Positions 61,402 through 64,000 of a stretch of 64,000 bases of DNA are shown here, piece after piece; the first letter of the stretch is position 1, and every line of letters begins with the position of its first letter. Position numbers and translations under genes: made by a program. The stretch covers positions 3,584,001-3,648,000 of the forward strand of contig OY776510.1 of NCBI GenBank assembly GCA_963675665.1, in the 5' to 3' direction. The notes beneath the pieces are model-generated. The model saw only the letters and a program-made list of their open reading frames with translations, searched no databases and had not been told where the DNA came from. Origin of the DNA: Spirochaetia bacterium. Its GTDB lineage: Bacteria; Spirochaetota; Spirochaetia; UBA9216.

Positions 61402-62292
61402 ATGAAAATTGCTATAAATGATCTTCTTTTACCAAACAGCCATATGAACCCATTACCTACCGGTATAAAAAGCTCAGGACAGAAACTTCATAATATTAAA
61501 GCTGTTATATTTGATATCTACGGTACTCTTCTTGTCTCAGGTTCCGGAGACGTCGGAACTGCCATTGAATCCGGCTCGACAGAAGCTTTTAAAGAGGCTT
61601 TGAATAAATGTGGAATTTCAGATGTTTCCGATGCAGCAGCAGAATTTATCCGCAATTACTTCTTTGATCTGATTACAGAAACCCATTCAGAAATGAGAGG
61701 AGCCGGATACCCTTACCCTGAAATAAATATTATTGAAATCTGGTCTGATATAATCGTTTCAAAAGATATATCCGGATTGCTTCCCGATTTTTCATCCGTT
61801 GCACCTGAACTTGCAGCTTTTGCCTATGAAACAACGGTTAATCCGGTTTTTCCAATGCCGGGGGCATCAAAACTTCTTAAAAAGTTAGAGAAAAAAGGAC
61901 TGAAGCTTGGAATTGTTTCCAACGCACAGTTTTATACACCAGTCATCTTTGAGTATTTTTTCCCCGGCGGGTTTGATGGTTTAGGTTTCGAAAAAAATCT
62001 ATGCCTTTTTTCCTATATTGAAAAAAGATCCAAACCTGATGCCGTTCTTTATGAAAAACTGACTGCTTCACTGTTTGAATACGGAATACCCCCTGCCGAA
62101 TCTGTCTTTGTCGGAAATGATATGCTGAAGGACATTTTTCCGTCGGCTTCTGCAGGATTTAAAACTGCTCTTTTCGCCGGTGATAAACGCTCACTTCGTC
62201 TCCACCGTGATAATCCTGCTTGCAGTAATCTGAATCCCGATGTTATAGTAAGTAAATTGATTGATCTGATTGATTATATCCAGGAAGGCTGA
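61402..62292 (+). CDS. HAD-superfamily hydrolase
   Basis: Motif I VIFDIYGTLL, motif II GIVSNA, motif III KP, motif IV FVGNDMLKD. Confidence 0.9.
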   Translation: MKIAINDLLLPNSHMNPLPTGIKSSGQKLHNIKAVIFDIYGTLLVSGSGDVGTAIESGSTEAFKEALNKCGISDVSDAAAEFIRNYFFDLITETHSEMRGAGYPYPEINIIEIWSDIIVSKDISGLLPDFSSVAPELAAFAYETTVNPVFPMPGASKLLKKLEKKGLKLGIVSNAQFYTPVIFEYFFPGGFDGLGFEKNLCLFSYIEKRSKPDAVLYEKLTASLFEYGIPPAESVFVGNDMLKDIFPSASAGFKTALFAGDKRSLRLHRDNPACSNLNPDVIVSKLIDLIDYIQEG

Positions 62293-62293
62293 A

Positions 62294-63166
62294 ATGAAAA
62301 AACGTTCCAGAGTATTAATTCGTATTAAAAGAACAATAATCACCCTTATTATCCTTGCTGCGCTTGGAGCTGTTTTTTATTTTGGTTATTACCAGTTTCA
62401 GCTTCCCGCAGATCAATATGGAGTTATTTTCACCAAGCTTAACGGTTGGGATCCTGCAGTTGTAGAACCTTCGTCTTTCCGTATTGAATTGGAAGGCCTT
62501 ATTCCTCTTAACCTGCGAATGGAGAAATTTGTTCTGGTTCCTGTAACTAAACGTATTTCTGCTTCGGGAACATTGCCTTCTTCTGAGATATACTCGATGT
62601 ATCTTGAAAATAACCCTGATTTCAGTTTTTCATACGTTTTTGATATTACCTATACGGTAAAACCTTCCAGTCTTCCCTTTTTAATTACCGAAGAGTTCCT
62701 CAGATCCGATACTTACAGCGACTGGCTTATTGATTTTGAATCCGTTTTAACCGCAGATGCGTCTTCTCTTCTTCAGAAGAAAGCCGACGATGAAGAATAT
62801 CTTAAAAAGATATCCTATAACTATCATCTTATGGAAAAGGATCTGTTGAATGTTCTTGCCGCCGAATATGATTTTATTGATTTTGTCCGGTTTACCCCTG
62901 TTGAAGTAACTTTTCCCGATATGTCGCTCTATGCTGAAGGTAAAAGGCAATATTTTGAAATGGAAAAGTATCATAACGATGTTCAACAATCAGCTTTAAA
63001 AGAGACATCGCGCAGAATGATTGAAGAATCTGCAAAGATAGAACTTCTTGAAAAATACGGGGCCCTGTTTACGAAGTATCCTCAGCTAATTAATTATTAT
63101 GCTATCTACAGTTCCGACGGCAAAAAACTTCTACCGTCGATAGAACTGCCTGAACTTGAAAATTAA
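62294..63166 (+). CDS. Membrane-anchored hypothetical protein (possibly SPFH/Band-7-like)
   Basis: ATG 62294 after GGAAGG; N-terminal TM, QYGVIFTK..G...VVEP, C-terminal helical region. Confidence 0.6.
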   Translation: MKKRSRVLIRIKRTIITLIILAALGAVFYFGYYQFQLPADQYGVIFTKLNGWDPAVVEPSSFRIELEGLIPLNLRMEKFVLVPVTKRISASGTLPSSEIYSMYLENNPDFSFSYVFDITYTVKPSSLPFLITEEFLRSDTYSDWLIDFESVLTADASSLLQKKADDEEYLKKISYNYHLMEKDLLNVLAAEYDFIDFVRFTPVEVTFPDMSLYAEGKRQYFEMEKYHNDVQQSALKETSRRMIEESAKIELLEKYGALFTKYPQLINYYAIYSSDGKKLLPSIELPELEN

Positions 63167-64000
63167 TCAGATTCGATCTTTATTATCTGGGTAAGAAGTC
63201 TTCTGAAATCCCGAATATGCGCGGAACGTTTTTTCAGAATACTTACAAGGGTCAGAGATTTACCTTTTACAAGATAATGCTTGTTCAATTGGACCTTTAT
63301 AACATTTGAATCACTTGCAACAAGTTCTTCAAAAATCTTCTCAAGTCCTGCAAGGGCTTCTTCTCCCCAGTCTATCAGCGATTTCACCTCCCTGTTTTTA
63401 TTAATAACAAGAGATCTGAACATCCTCTGCTGAGACGGTTCAGAGACAAGCGACATTCTTAATTTATGAAAAAGCTTCCCGTCTTCCTCATCCGGAGCAA
63501 GTGTTTTGTCCGAAGCTCCTATTTTGTCTTCCAGCTCCTGCATTGCTACTGAATACCCCAGAAGCCTGTCGCGTGTTATTCTGTTCTGGGACAGGATTCC
63601 TTTCTCAAGTATTGAAATAACATCTGCAAATAAGCTTTGATAAAAACAGCGAATATAATTATATAAAACATTCAGTGACTTGGTGTGTGTAAAAAACGGC
63701 AATCCCATTTTTTGATGATCTATGCTTGCATATTTCCTGTAATTTCTGAATTCCTCAAAATTGTAACCTTGAAAAATACGTTCAATCTCTCTTTCTATAT
63801 ATGCTTTTTGCACATCGGCATATGCCTTGTTTACAGCATCCTTTAATTTTGCATGCAGTATTATAATGTACAAATCTTTGAAACTCTTTCTTTTAATGGA
63901 AAAATTAATACGCAGGTACGGTTCTTTTCTGAAATATTGAATTATTTCAAGCAGCGGCATTGAACCGGCAAAATTTTTGACACTCACTATTAATTTCTTC
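63163..64000 (-). CDS. Hypothetical helical protein, C-terminal part (5' end outside the window; possibly DUF5312-like)
   Basis: The frame is open to the window edge (...KKLIVSVKNF...); 4-bp stop overlap with the convergent gene. Confidence 0.7.
   Translation of the reverse strand, partial: KKLIVSVKNFAGSMPLLEIIQYFRKEPYLRINFSIKRKSFKDLYIIILHAKLKDAVNKAYADVQKAYIEREIERIFQGYNFEEFRNYRKYASIDHQKMGLPFFTHTKSLNVLYNYIRCFYQSLFADVISILEKGILSQNRITRDRLLGYSVAMQELEDKIGASDKTLAPDEEDGKLFHKLRMSLVSEPSQQRMFRSLVINKNREVKSLIDWGEEALAGLEKIFEELVASDSNVIKVQLNKHYLVKGKSLTLVSILKKRSAHIRDFRRLLTQIIKIESD

Overview
This is a gene-dense core-chromosome segment, most likely from a spirochaete (Spirochaetota). That assignment is inferred from the ~900-aa GreA, the NusA C-terminal Zn-ribbon, the kinase-less RibF, and the gene orders pnp-lptFG-tgt-murJ-HEAT and mltG-dnaG-rpoD-Zn-ribbon. 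The + strand carries 'nusA-infB-rbfA-truB-ribF-rpsO-pnp-dut-lptF-lptG-tgt-murJ-HEAT, then rpe with three envelope/TPR genes, then recA-folK-scpAB-rluB-cmk-rpsA, then a GAF sigma54 activator, a YfgM-like TPR protein, a CHASE2 adenylate cyclase, a lipoprotein and mazG. The - strand carries TPR-greA-vWA; rnpB-TPR-mreBCD-mrdA-rodA-radical SAM; YkgJ-MBL hydrolase-small protein-giant barrel/Ig-repeat/OmpA protein-mltG-dnaG-rpoD-Zn-ribbon; and aroH-map. RNA genes are a long RNase P RNA and divergent tRNA-Tyr(GTA) and tRNA-Thr(TGT). I found no mobile element, prophage, CRISPR array or defence island. The best leads are: a 1394-aa predicted outer-membrane-to-peptidoglycan tether next to mltG; cmk and rpsA in one frame split by a single TAG; a sigma54-type site overlapping the tRNA-Tyr -35; a palindrome and a structured leader at recA; and several apparently leaderless transcripts. 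All calls come from reading motifs by eye; no searches or folding programs were run.
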